Of a stretch of DNA of 64,000 nucleotides, positions 39,371 through 49,495 are shown piece after piece. The position numbers were made by a program, and so were the translations under genes. Origin of the DNA: Trypanosoma brucei. Taxonomy: Eukaryota. How positions within the stretch are numbered: the stretch's first letter is position 1; every line of letters starts with the position of its first letter. The notes beneath the pieces are model-generated. The model was not told the DNA's origin, ran no database searches, and was given only the letters and a program-made list of their open reading frames with translations. Where the stretch lies: assembly GCA_000002445.1 (NCBI GenBank), contig CM000207.1, positions 832,001-896,000 on the forward strand, in the 5' to 3' direction.

Positions 39371-42178
39371 ATGAGCAAACGCCGCCGTGGTGACGATGAA
39401 AGCGATATTTTCCGGAAGGCTATCGAGCTGCTGTGTCACCGCCGGGCCACAACTGAAGAACTGTCAGTTGCAACTAAGCTCACGCCTTTGGAAAGGCAGG
39501 TGGTGTGCCTCAAGGAGTCCCTTCCGCCCGATGTTATTCTGATGGTAGCGTGTGGTTACCGTGTGAAGTTTTACGGTCGTGACAGTCGCGTCGTCAGCCG
39601 CCGTTTTGGGATAATGTGCATTCAAGCAACTCCATTCGAGTATAGCAGTGTTCCTTACACAGGGGTCAATATTTATGTGCGCCGCCTGGTAGCGATGGGT
39701 TATCGTGTTGCTTTTGCGGATCAAGAGAGCGCTTCTATTCGGTCGACCAGTGGTAACTCGAAGGGGTTGTTTTCCCGAGAGATTGGGCGAGTGTACAGCC
39801 GAGGAACGATGTTGCCTGATGAGGTGGTTGTCACCGCTGGAACCCCTCAAGAAGGAAGCGCTACCGGTCAGGGGGATGAAGGGGCACCGGAAGGAGGAGA
39901 TCCCGTTGGTGTGGAGGAACTTCTCCCCTTGAAGGAGGGATCTTCGGAATTGTTTATTTGCTTCTTGTGGCCCTCAACTGGGTCGGCGGGTGTGAGCCTG
40001 GTCGAAGTGACGCTTCTCAGTTTCGTCACGTACTCTCTTTCTCGTCATCACCTGTCTTCAGGGGGAGAGCTTTTGGACATACTCAATCGCTACAATATTG
40101 TTGAGGTGGTTCTGTTTTATGATGAAGACGGAGCGCGGGAGCTCGACCGGCATCAGAACGCAGCAGCTACCGACGGCACTTTGCCTCCTTTTCGCTTGTG
40201 CGGTTTACCGGAGGCGTTTTACACACCCTTAAACACAATTCTATCGCTTCATCATGGACCGACGGTTAACGGTGAAGAGGATAATAATTCTGTAACTGTC
40301 TGCACCTCGCCATTCATCGGTTCTATCGATGACTCAATTGCAGAGTATTTAAAGCCTAGTCGATTTGATACGACCTTCAGGAAAATGTGCTCTAAATCTC
40401 CGCCGTTACTTGCGCGGAGCACGGCCGGTGGGGTGGCTGAGTTGGTAATGGAGATGCCCGGCACCACGATGAGCGCGTTGGACATATTTCACAGCAGCAT
40501 TGGGCTAAAAGGTTCTCTGCTGGCTCTATTGGACCACAGCCTTACGGTGCCTGGTCTGCGGCGGTTGCGTTCGTGGCTGGCGGCCCCGCTCTGCGACTTA
40601 CGGGCCATTAATTCTCGGCGTGAGGCGGTGGCGTTTTTACTTCGCGGCGAAGGGGGTGACTCAGTGGTGGGCCTGCTGCGAGAGTTTGCCAAGTTTGGTG
40701 ATCTCGAGGCAACACTGGGGAAGCTGCGGGCGCAGCGGTGCACTGTAACCGATTATCTTCGTTTGTTGCGTGCGGTGAAAGTGACGCATAAACTCGCTCT
40801 TGACATTTTATCACTTTGTGGCGAAGGCATGTGCGATCAGATTCGTGATGCTCTTGTTGCCGTCACGTCTGAGAATGTCGAGTTGTTCCTTCAATCGTGT
40901 AAGTGTGAGTTAAACTTGGATGCGGATTCCCCTCAGGAGTACTACGCAGCACTTGGTTCCCCCCTACCCGACCTTTTGCAGACTCATGCTAAGGAGCGCG
41001 ACGAAGTGCTACGTGCGTTGGACGTGGAGCTGGAATGCATTCGAAAGACACTCAAGTTACCTGCGTTGGAGTACCGTACAATCGCTGGCACCACATTCAT
41101 TGTGGACGTGCCCAACGTAAGGGCCAATGATGCACCGAAAGAGTGGATTGTGCTGACAAGAACAAAGACTCATGTGCGATTTCACACTCCAAGAATTGTC
41201 AATCTTACCGTGGAGCTCTGCTCCGCCAAGGAACGCCTTGCCATTGCAGCAAATGAGGCATGGTTAGCGAAGCAAGCCGAGTTGGAAGGTTCTGTCGACA
41301 CGATGGAGATATTTAAGAGTGTCATTAACTCTGTTGCTGTGCTTGACGCACTTCACTGTCTTGCTGTCGCATCTTCGGCCCCTGGATACACTGCTCCATC
41401 CATCTCAGACGATGAGCAGTCGATTGTGATCCGCGACGGACGCCACCCGATGCTTGAGTCGCTCATGCGTGGGGGCTACGTGGGGTGTGACGTTTCCCTT
41501 GTCAAGCACGGCGCGTGGATTCTCACAGGGCCCAACATGGGAGGTAAATCAGCTCTGATGCGTATGGTAGGTACGTTTGTGGTATTGGCACAACTGGGTT
41601 GCTACGTGCCTGCCAAGTCTGCGCAACTGCCCTTGTTTGGGGCTGTATACTGTCGAATGGGGTCGAGCGATTCTCTGCTGGAGGGAAGTTCCACCTTTTT
41701 GAAAGAGATGGAGGAAACAAGTCGGATCCTCCGCTCTGAGATTGTGTCCTCTTCGCTTGTACTACTGGATGAACTCGGCAGGGGAACGAGCAGTTATGAT
41801 GGTATTGCTATTGCCGCTGCGACACTGGAGTATCTGCTTCGGAAGGGTGCAACAACATTCTTCGTGACGCACTATTCGCAACTCTGTGAGCCCTATGTCA
41901 ATTCCAGCAACAACGGACTGGTGTCATGCTATTATATGGGATTTCATGAGGAAAAGATTGTGTCTAGAGAGGGCGAGGGGGAGGTAAAAATTGTATTTAC
42001 TTACAAACCAACACTTGGGGTCACGCCTTCTAGCTTTGGTGCGCGCGTGGCCCGCATGGCTGGGTTGCCCTCTGCAGTTGTAACTGAAGCGCAGCTGATC
42101 AGCGAGGAGGCGGAACGCACTCACGACTGGTGCTTGTCTCTTCTTGAATTGCGGCGCTTCGTCAAAAACAATTCTTAG
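39371..42178 (+). CDS. MSH3: MutS homologue for DNA mismatch repair, most like MSH3
   Basis: The N-terminal mismatch-binding domain LTPLERQVVCLKESLPPDVILMVACGYRVKFYGRDSRVVSRRFGI resembles MSH3 (...[20 protein letters not shown]) and lacks the Phe-x-Glu of MSH6/MutS. The ABC ATPase carries Walker A LTGPNMGGKSALMRMVG and the signature/Walker B region STFLKEMEETSRIL...LVLLDELGRGTSSYDGIAIA. 935 aa. Confidence 0.8.
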   Translation: MSKRRRGDDESDIFRKAIELLCHRRATTEELSVATKLTPLERQVVCLKESLPPDVILMVACGYRVKFYGRDSRVVSRRFGIMCIQATPFEYSSVPYTGVNIYVRRLVAMGYRVAFADQESASIRSTSGNSKGLFSREIGRVYSRGTMLPDEVVVTAGTPQEGSATGQGDEGAPEGGDPVGVEELLPLKEGSSELFICFLWPSTGSAGVSLVEVTLLSFVTYSLSRHHLSSGGELLDILNRYNIVEVVLFYDEDGARELDRHQNAAATDGTLPPFRLCGLPEAFYTPLNTILSLHHGPTVNGEEDNNSVTVCTSPFIGSIDDSIAEYLKPSRFDTTFRKMCSKSPPLLARSTAGGVAELVMEMPGTTMSALDIFHSSIGLKGSLLALLDHSLTVPGLRRLRSWLAAPLCDLRAINSRREAVAFLLRGEGGDSVVGLLREFAKFGDLEATLGKLRAQRCTVTDYLRLLRAVKVTHKLALDILSLCGEGMCDQIRDALVAVTSENVELFLQSCKCELNLDADSPQEYYAALGSPLPDLLQTHAKERDEVLRALDVELECIRKTLKLPALEYRTIAGTTFIVDVPNVRANDAPKEWIVLTRTKTHVRFHTPRIVNLTVELCSAKERLAIAANEAWLAKQAELEGSVDTMEIFKSVINSVAVLDALHCLAVASSAPGYTAPSISDDEQSIVIRDGRHPMLESLMRGGYVGCDVSLVKHGAWILTGPNMGGKSALMRMVGTFVVLAQLGCYVPAKSAQLPLFGAVYCRMGSSDSLLEGSSTFLKEMEETSRILRSEIVSSSLVLLDELGRGTSSYDGIAIAAATLEYLLRKGATTFFVTHYSQLCEPYVNSSNNGLVSCYYMGFHEEKIVSREGEGEVKIVFTYKPTLGVTPSSFGARVARMAGLPSAVVTEAQLISEEAERTHDWCLSLLELRRFVKNNS

Positions 42179-42582
42179 ACGATAAACATAGAGAAGTCGA
42201 GTCGAATGTGTGACCATACGTACATCCATAAAGTTTTGTTAATTTTTTCACTCTGCTTTCCTTCTGTTGTTTTCCTCCTGTAGTTTTTTCCTGCTTGATT
42301 TTCTTTGGAAGTGTGCGGGGTGTAATGTTATTCTCGAATTCTACAGTATCTAGCAGTATGCCGCTGCTGTTTCCTTTGTTTTATTTGTTTTGGCTTGACA
42401 CTGCTCGCTCTGGTGCATTACGTTCCGTGACTGGTAAGTGCGTTTTGCTCGGCACCTTTACTGAATATATTCTACCAACGGCTTCTTCCATGTATTCCCC
42501 TCTCGTAGTAGTGTGTGTGTGTGTGTGAAAGGGTCTTAGGGTTGTAGAAGAGAGAGCGAGGGAAAGTAGGAAGTAATTTTCG

Positions 42583-44049
42583 ATGCTTTCCCTATATGCG
42601 TACATTTTCCTAAGTTTGGTGGTGACTATAGGCTTCGTCGTCGACTATGCCACCGTTTACACTGATTTCTTTTCGTTAGTTGTTGCGCTGACAGACTCCC
42701 CCATATTCCGCCTCTTGTGCGTGAACAGCTTCATAGCGTTATCATGGGTCCTTTGGCTTGTTGCCCGCTTCACCTTCTTTGGCACGTTGAGCCGCACCGA
42801 AAGCGACGCGGTGCGGAGTGTTACGCCTGTGTATGCTATGGAATTTATTGTTTGCCCCCTTTATTTCGGTATCTCCACACTGAGTTCCGCAGGTGTGGTT
42901 TCACTTGTTACTGTGGTTGTTGCGGTTCTCCATCGCCTTGCACAGGAGCGCGTATCAACACTTCAAGTGATGGAGGATCGGGTGTTACGTACACCTATGC
43001 TTGTCCGGCTGCTGATTTTCCTGTACCTTTTCTCCATGATCGACCTCTATGTTGTGTTTGATATGATTGGGAATACGGCAGAGAGCTATGGAGATCAACT
43101 GTCTATGCAGTATTGCATAGCCTTATTGTATGTACAGTTCCTTATATCCATTCTCAAGTCGTTTACGCAACTCTTCTTCACCGTGGCCACCAAGGAGTCG
43201 ACGTACAACAGCCTGGCCTTCTATATGGAGATGTTTTTTTCCCTCTCCAACAATGTGGTGTTCTTCATTTCATTTCTGTACATTTGTACTTCATCGTACG
43301 TTCCCTTTCCGCTTATGCGCATGTTTTTACAAAACATGATAATGTGCGGGAAGAACGTTCGCCTCGTCGCGCGATACAGGAAACTTACGGCTCTTTTGAG
43401 AGAAATACCAAACGCCACCGAAGAGATTTTGTCCCGTGACCCGCACTGTGCTATATGTTACGATGATATGTCGCCTGATCAAACATGCAAGCAACTCCCA
43501 TGTGGGCACTGTTATCATGAGGCGTGCTTGCTCCACTGGTTTGAAAAAATGTCAACGTGCCCCTACTGCAGAAGCGACATCGCTCAGCGAACCAGTGCTA
43601 TGGCAGCGTATGCGAAAAGGGTTCGGGTTCCGGCGGATGCCACCACTACACCATCGGAGCAGACGGGATCTGATGCGTCAGCAACTCCGTCCCCCGAGGA
43701 CGATACGACAAGCATGCCAATGCCTAGCGAGGAGGAAATGCGGAGGTCATATGAGCGGTACCTAGCAGAAATGGCTTCGCGGCAGCGGGCGCAGGGGGCC
43801 GCCATCTCAGCTGAAGCCGATGCTTCGCGCTTGGGGGAGGAGGTTTCTGCAGCATCAACCGATCGCTTCTCAGTGGTTGAGGAGATAAACAAAAGTCTCA
43901 CTCAGAGTAACGCTGTCAGGTCAGTGGATGTCCCAGCAGTGAGTACGAAGGAGGCGCAACGTCTAGCAGCTTACGAGGAGCACGCTGCGGCTGTAAGGGC
44001 CGCGCAAGAGAAACTACAGCAACGTCTGAAATCCATTGATGCCTCCTAG
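42583..44049 (+). CDS. Polytopic membrane RING-H2 E3 ubiquitin ligase, HRD1/synoviolin-like
   Basis: The N-terminal ~270 aa contain five or six hydrophobic TM segments. They are followed by the RING-H2 finger CAICYDDMSPDQTCKQLPCGHCYHEACLLHWFEKMSTCPYCR (C3H2C3) and a long low-complexity acidic/Ala-rich tail. This is the HRD1 architecture. Confidence 0.7.
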   Translation: MLSLYAYIFLSLVVTIGFVVDYATVYTDFFSLVVALTDSPIFRLLCVNSFIALSWVLWLVARFTFFGTLSRTESDAVRSVTPVYAMEFIVCPLYFGISTLSSAGVVSLVTVVVAVLHRLAQERVSTLQVMEDRVLRTPMLVRLLIFLYLFSMIDLYVVFDMIGNTAESYGDQLSMQYCIALLYVQFLISILKSFTQLFFTVATKESTYNSLAFYMEMFFSLSNNVVFFISFLYICTSSYVPFPLMRMFLQNMIMCGKNVRLVARYRKLTALLREIPNATEEILSRDPHCAICYDDMSPDQTCKQLPCGHCYHEACLLHWFEKMSTCPYCRSDIAQRTSAMAAYAKRVRVPADATTTPSEQTGSDASATPSPEDDTTSMPMPSEEEMRRSYERYLAEMASRQRAQGAAISAEADASRLGEEVSAASTDRFSVVEEINKSLTQSNAVRSVDVPAVSTKEAQRLAAYEEHAAAVRAAQEKLQQRLKSIDAS

Positions 44050-44949
44050 GAGTTAGTAACACGAACCTGGTGAAACGTTCTGAGAGTGTTCGCGGTTACA
44101 ATTGTAATCTATTTTGCCTTACTGGATATACGCGCACCTGCAATTGCGCGTATATGTGTCCTTTCCTTTAGTTACTGTCGGGTTCTTTTTGTTCTCCGTG
44201 CTACGGTTTTTTTTCCTTTGGGGCGTGCGGGGAGAGGGTGGCGCCAATTTAACAGCATTTGGTGCACGACAGAGAGGGGAAAGGAGAGGAGGCGTGAAGA
44301 GGAGCAAGAGCAAACAGTTCACATGAAGCGTTGCTTGGAATGAGTGGACGAGAGTGCTTGGATGTGGGGTGAGAACGGACAGTTGAGTGCTTTAATCGCT
44401 CATTTGTTGCACTGTAGGGCGTTTGCTTCGGGGTCCTTATCAGCAAGCGAATATTCTCCCTCCTTTCATTGCAATAATGTGTCATATCATCCGGAGCGTG
44501 AAGGGTAGACACTGCGGTGGCAGTTCACCCGCCTTCGTATTCCCCCCCCCCGCTCATTTACTTACTGTGTTACCCTCACACTCGCTGATGCCTCTGTTGT
44601 ACCTTTCTTATTGGATTGCTCTCATTCTTTCCTGTTTGTATACGTTCTGTCCTGCATTGCTAAAGAGACTTCTTTCTGTTTCAAAGGGAGAGGGAGCGCG
44701 GGTGGAGTGCTGAGGTACGGTCTATCGGAAAGAGAAGGAACTGGGACGACGTGACCTGGATCTGTTGGAAACCTCGGCAGTTAGTTTTTGATCCCTCTGG
44801 GACGTGAACAAATAAATATAAATCTGAGCTGTGGAACAAAGGCATTTGTGAGGAAAAGAAAACGGGAGGGAGTGACATACATATCATCACATTTCCCACA
44901 TCCAGTTTTTAACTTCGCGCCACCTGTTGAGGGGAAGTGCAGTTAGCAG

Positions 44950-45786
44950 TTGAAGAGCAGAATGCTCCGCGGTACCCCAGTTCGTCGCGCATCCTTGCGA
45001 TACCGACGCCCATACTGGATGATGTTTCTCAAGGGTGTTGATAACTGGAAGATTTACACAGTTATTCAACAGCCTGATCATCAGCGTACGGAAATGTTAT
45101 ATCAGGCTTGGCTTGGTGGGCTGGATCGGCCGTACACTCGGCCCAAGTGCATGGCAAACCAACCGTTGTGGTTGAGTAAGAAACGCCACATGCTCCGCAA
45201 GGAGCGTCTGGATGGACCTGAAACACCGCTGGAGAAGTACGTATTAGAATGGCACAAGAAATTTCACTCTTTTCAGGGGACCGAGCGGCCAACACCGGAT
45301 GATTTGCACACGGCGCTTGATTTAGTAGAGCGACCTCTTGATTTAAGTTACGCACTGCAATTGCTAGGCCAGTGCCGTAACTTGAACAACATTCGGTTCG
45401 CGAAGGAGACATTCCTTGTCTTCCTGGAGGCGTGTTTGCGTGTAGGTAGAAGGGACTGTGCGGAGTACGCTCTGGAGCACGCCGAACCACTTGGTTTTTG
45501 GTTCATTGACGAAGATCACCGCCGTTATTTACAGGGAGAGCAAACTTGGTATAAGCTATCTCCTCTTGACAACCTCTATTATCCAGTTGAGGAGAACGCC
45601 AAATTGAACGAGGGGCGCAAACCAATAACCCGACTGAGTCCCGCCACTGAAAGTCCGGGGTCCGGAACCGCCATTTCTGATGGGGAGCCTTCAACGGACG
45701 TGGAGGGTGAAACCACAGTGGACGACGAGATTGCCCAATTGGAGGCGGAGCTGGCGGCACTTGAGAGGGAAGGAGGTGGGAAGTGA
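44950..45786 (+). CDS. Hypothetical protein with an Arg-rich N-terminus resembling a mitochondrial presequence and an acidic coiled C-terminus
   Basis: 278-aa ORF on the coding strand. The N-terminus MKSRMLRGTPVRRASLRYRRPYW is basic with no acidic residues. The C-terminus DDEIAQLEAELAALEREGGGK is coiled-coil-like. No domain recognised. Confidence 0.4.
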   Translation: MKSRMLRGTPVRRASLRYRRPYWMMFLKGVDNWKIYTVIQQPDHQRTEMLYQAWLGGLDRPYTRPKCMANQPLWLSKKRHMLRKERLDGPETPLEKYVLEWHKKFHSFQGTERPTPDDLHTALDLVERPLDLSYALQLLGQCRNLNNIRFAKETFLVFLEACLRVGRRDCAEYALEHAEPLGFWFIDEDHRRYLQGEQTWYKLSPLDNLYYPVEENAKLNEGRKPITRLSPATESPGSGTAISDGEPSTDVEGETTVDDEIAQLEAELAALEREGGGK

Positions 45787-46845
45787 CAGCGGTTGTTAGT
45801 GCATGTCACAGCTGGAAGCAACATGCTTTCCGTTTTTGTTTGTCGCATTACATTTGGCTTGTAAGTGGCTGAATGTAACTCATTATGGGTTCAGGTTGTT
45901 TGGGCAGCTACCATCGCTGTGCTTGGTTGTGTTTTGCCCTTGTCTACTATATCGTGACTTCCTACTTTGCCTAACGTCCCTTTCCCCGTTTTCATGTACC
46001 TGAAACCTCCCTGCTTACCATTGCACTCCGTCGCCGCCCACGCTGCCGCTGCGGCGCTAATTTTTCGTCGCACTTTCTTGTTTACTTCCCTTATAGTTAT
46101 CTTTATTCCATGCAAAAGCAAATATGTTGGCCCAAAAGGAAAGCCATTGTTTGCCATTTGTACAATTTGTGTTCCATGTCACAGACGAAAGTTGGGTTGT
46201 GGTCGGTTAAGTGTCTTGCGTCGCGGTTTATGGTCTTCTCTTTCCAACAGACCAGCTACAGCGATGGTATGCCAACTGAAGCCGACACGAGCGGAGAGGG
46301 TAAAGAAGCTGCGGGAAGGGGTTGCGGAGGAGTGTAAATCAACTTATCAGCCTTAGTACGCTGCATATCCTGAGTTGCAACGATGTGTTTTCACAATTCA
46401 CTGTTGGTGAGTTGGCGCGCGTTCTGCGGCGTGTGTGTGGTGGTGGAGGGAAACAACGGTTATCGCTTTTTCACTTTACCCTTTTGTGGCTCGCGGTGCT
46501 GTAAACTGATTCTTGTGCATACTTAATAGTTTTCAGGTGTAATTAAGAAAGCAATCGGCAGGAAGGAGTAATACGCGTTGTTGTTTCGTCTTACTCCTTC
46601 TGGTGGCTGCTCGTTTTGCTGTGATGAGTGGGGCCATATTGGTGTATATTATGTTGCACACGGCTTACAAAACCATCAGCAGTCCCACTAGGGTTGTAAT
46701 GGAGAAGTTGAACTTAGGGTGCAGAACAACATGTGACATCCGTGCTTGTCACTGTTCACCGGTGGCTGAATGCATGTTTCTTCCTTTGCTTTCACTTTCC
46801 ACATTTCTCTCGATAGTTTGTGCAGCTTTGTGTTTTCTGAGGAAA

Positions 46846-48129
46846 ATGGTTTTTGCCTTATTGGAGTTGCCTGCGGGTGTGGGGCTCTTTAAGGTGGACG
46901 GCGACAAGCAAAAACTGAAGGCACTATTAAGCTTCAAGAGTACTGCGGATGCTCTTGCCACCACAACACAAGTTGTGAATGGTGAGCTCGCGAAGCCCGT
47001 GCGCAAGTTCCTCAAGAAAAACTTTGTTGAGAAACAAATAACGGAGGAATTAGCAGTCGCCGATGCAAAGCTCGCAAAAGCCATAAAGGATGCCCTCGCT
47101 ATTCAGTGCGTGCATGGTGACGACACTTTGGCCACATTCCGCGCCCTGCGCGCAAACCTTGACGACCTGCTCGAGGATGTTTCAACAGAGCAACTCAACC
47201 AGACAGCACTAGGTCTCGCGCATAATTTGAACCGCTACAAGCTGAAATTTTCCCCGGACAAGGTGGACATGATGGTGGTGCAAGCCGTAGCGCTGCTGGA
47301 GGATTTGGACAAGGAGATCAACAAATATGCGATGCGAGCGCGTGAGTGGTACGGCTGGCACTTCCCTGAATTGGCGAAGATCGTCAATGATAATATACTT
47401 TATGCGAAGATTGTGTTGGCTGCGAAGACCCGCTTCAACGTCCGCGACACCGATTTCTCTGACTTCCTTGAGGAGGAGTTGGAGCAGAAGGTAAAGGATG
47501 CGGCGATGGTGTCAATGGGCACGGAGATCGCTGAGGAGGACATCGAGAACATTTGCCGGCTTTGTAGCGAGGTTGTTGCGGCGTCGAAGTATCGTGAGAG
47601 TCTTGCCGCGTACCTCAGCTCCCGCATGCAAACAATCGCTCCAAATCTCACCACAATGGTTGGTGAGCAGATTGGCGCCCGGCTGATTCAAAAGGCGGGT
47701 TCACTGCTATCACTTGCGAAGTACCCCTCTTCCACCCTACAGATCCTTGGTGCTGAGAAGGCACTCTTCCGTGCTCTCAAGCAACGGCAGGCAACGCCAA
47801 AATACGGTATTCTTTACAACGCTCAGGTGGTGGCAAAGGCGGCTGCCACCCACAAGGGCGCCATGTCCCGCGTGCTTGCCGCAAAGGCCTCTCTTAGCGC
47901 CCGTATTGACTCATTTGGCGAGGGCGACAACTCTGCAGCACTGGAGTACCGCGGTAAAGTTGAGGAACGCCTTCGGCAGTTTGAAGAGGGTGTCACATAT
48001 GGCCGTACGGGTAATGTACGAGGCAGGGGTGGTGGTATGCAGCTGCAACAGAAACGAGGACCTCCTAATGGCAATGGTGGGGGGGCTCCCTTCAAACGCC
48101 AACGGCTGGACGGCGGTGGGTTCAGGTAA
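46846..48129 (+). CDS. NOP58: NOP58 (Nop5), a core protein of box C/D snoRNPs
   Basis: The NOP5 N-terminal, coiled-coil and Nop domains are all present. [20 protein letters not shown] matches human NOP58 [59 protein letters not shown] matches [62 protein letters not shown] matches KGKISRMLAAKTVLAIRYDAFGE. The tail is Gly/Arg-rich. The start is taken at [11 protein letters not shown]; upstream in-frame sequence is probably UTR. Confidence 0.85.
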   Translation: [427 protein letters not shown]

Positions 48130-48548
48130 CGTGAGTAATAGGGAGGTGGTAGTGGTGGGGATATGGATAGGGAGAAGAACACAAGTGAAGAGGGAATTTG
48201 CGGGGAGCTGAAGGGGAGGGGAAGTGCGTTTGGACGGTAAACGGAGTGGGTTAGGGTTGAGCAGGAAACTTATGTGTGTGTGTTTATGTGAGATGCGTTA
48301 GCCAACGACCAAATAAAGCGCTGTGTGACTGAGGAGCGAAGCGGCGGAGAGGGCAAAGCAACGGTCGTTCTATTCAAGTGCATGCACATTCAAACGCAGA
48401 CGATGAAACATGCCGCTGAGGGTGAAATGAGGTCACGATTAAAAAGTTGTGAGTGAGAGGACGGGAGCACTTACGTCGGCCGCCTTGCACTGCCTAGGGA
48501 CATGTCGTAGCGGAAACTGGATAATGGAATGCGTGTCATTACCACGGC

Positions 48549-48617
48549 GTGCTGGTGCTGAGGACTAATGTAATGGACCATTACTTTGGTCTCCATGCAT
48601 TTCTGGTGCACCAGCAC
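48549..48617 (+). other. Perfect 10-bp inverted repeat (gtgctggtgc ... gcaccagcac) with a nested palindrome (gtaatgg a ccattac), a potential stable stem-loop in the NOP58 3' flank
   Basis: Direct read. The outer stems are exact reverse complements separated by 49 nt. The inner 7-bp palindrome lies at about 48571-48585. Confidence 0.4.
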
Positions 48618-49312
48618 ATCACCCCAATTCCCTTATTTACGATTCTTCTTCCTATTATTTTTTGTTTCGTTTACGTCGCTCTGACTTCGTCCCTTTGTTT
48701 TGACGTTTAAGAGAAATCGATGGCCTTTTGCTGTCTCTTCGTGATTCTTAAATTGTTGTGATGAGATGTGGCGTTTTTTAAAAAGAAAAAAAATGATATG
48801 GTACGAAGAAAAGAAACCAGTGCATTCGGAGGTGGGCAACGTACAGGTATTCTTCACACAGGGAGGTAAATGTGTGAGCGTCTGTGTGTGTATATATTTA
48901 AGGAGCGGGTAAACCAAAGTGAATGAGCGAACAAAGAATTTTTGCGCCCGTATGAATTTAGCTGAAACGTAATGTTGTGAGGATCACCTCGTACGTTGTA
49001 AGGGCCTACCTATGCATTTGATTAAGTTGATAAAAAAGAAAAAAACAAGTAATTAATACACGTGATGGTCTCGTAATGTGGTGATAATCGTTATTCCCTT
49101 CCGTTATTATCGAGGTTGCTTACTTCTGAGGTGGAGTAATGCAATTCGTCTAACTGATTTGTACGAACATTTTTTCTATTTCCTTTCCTTTTCACTTCTT
49201 CTCCACCTCGAACGTCTCGCTTCCATCGCGACTGGATTTGTTCTAATGGGATAGGCGTTTGCTTATTTCCGCGCTGTTAGTAGAGGAAGTTGCTGCTTAG
49301 GCAGAGTTGGAG

Positions 49313-49333
49313 GTGTGTGTGTGTGTGTGTGTG
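49313..49333. repeat. (GT)n microsatellite
   Basis: Direct read of gtgtgtgtgtgtgtgtgtgtg upstream of the DUF1796-like gene. Confidence 0.95.
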
Positions 49334-49495
49334 GCAGCGCACACGTTTGCTGTCTGTTCTCCATCCGTGCACGAGTTTTGGTTTCTTTCTCACGTGTTGT
49401 GGGCGTGAGTTCTTCTTCCTGAGGGAGCTTACCCTTCAACCGCACTGGGGCTAATATAGCAGTTTGTCACGTTACTGTTTGCACCCAACAATTGG

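Noticed and set aside
48756-48870. A TGATGA C-box-like hexamer after NOP58, suggesting a C/D snoRNA
   Set aside because: No D box (CTGA) at the expected spacing, and no terminal stem.
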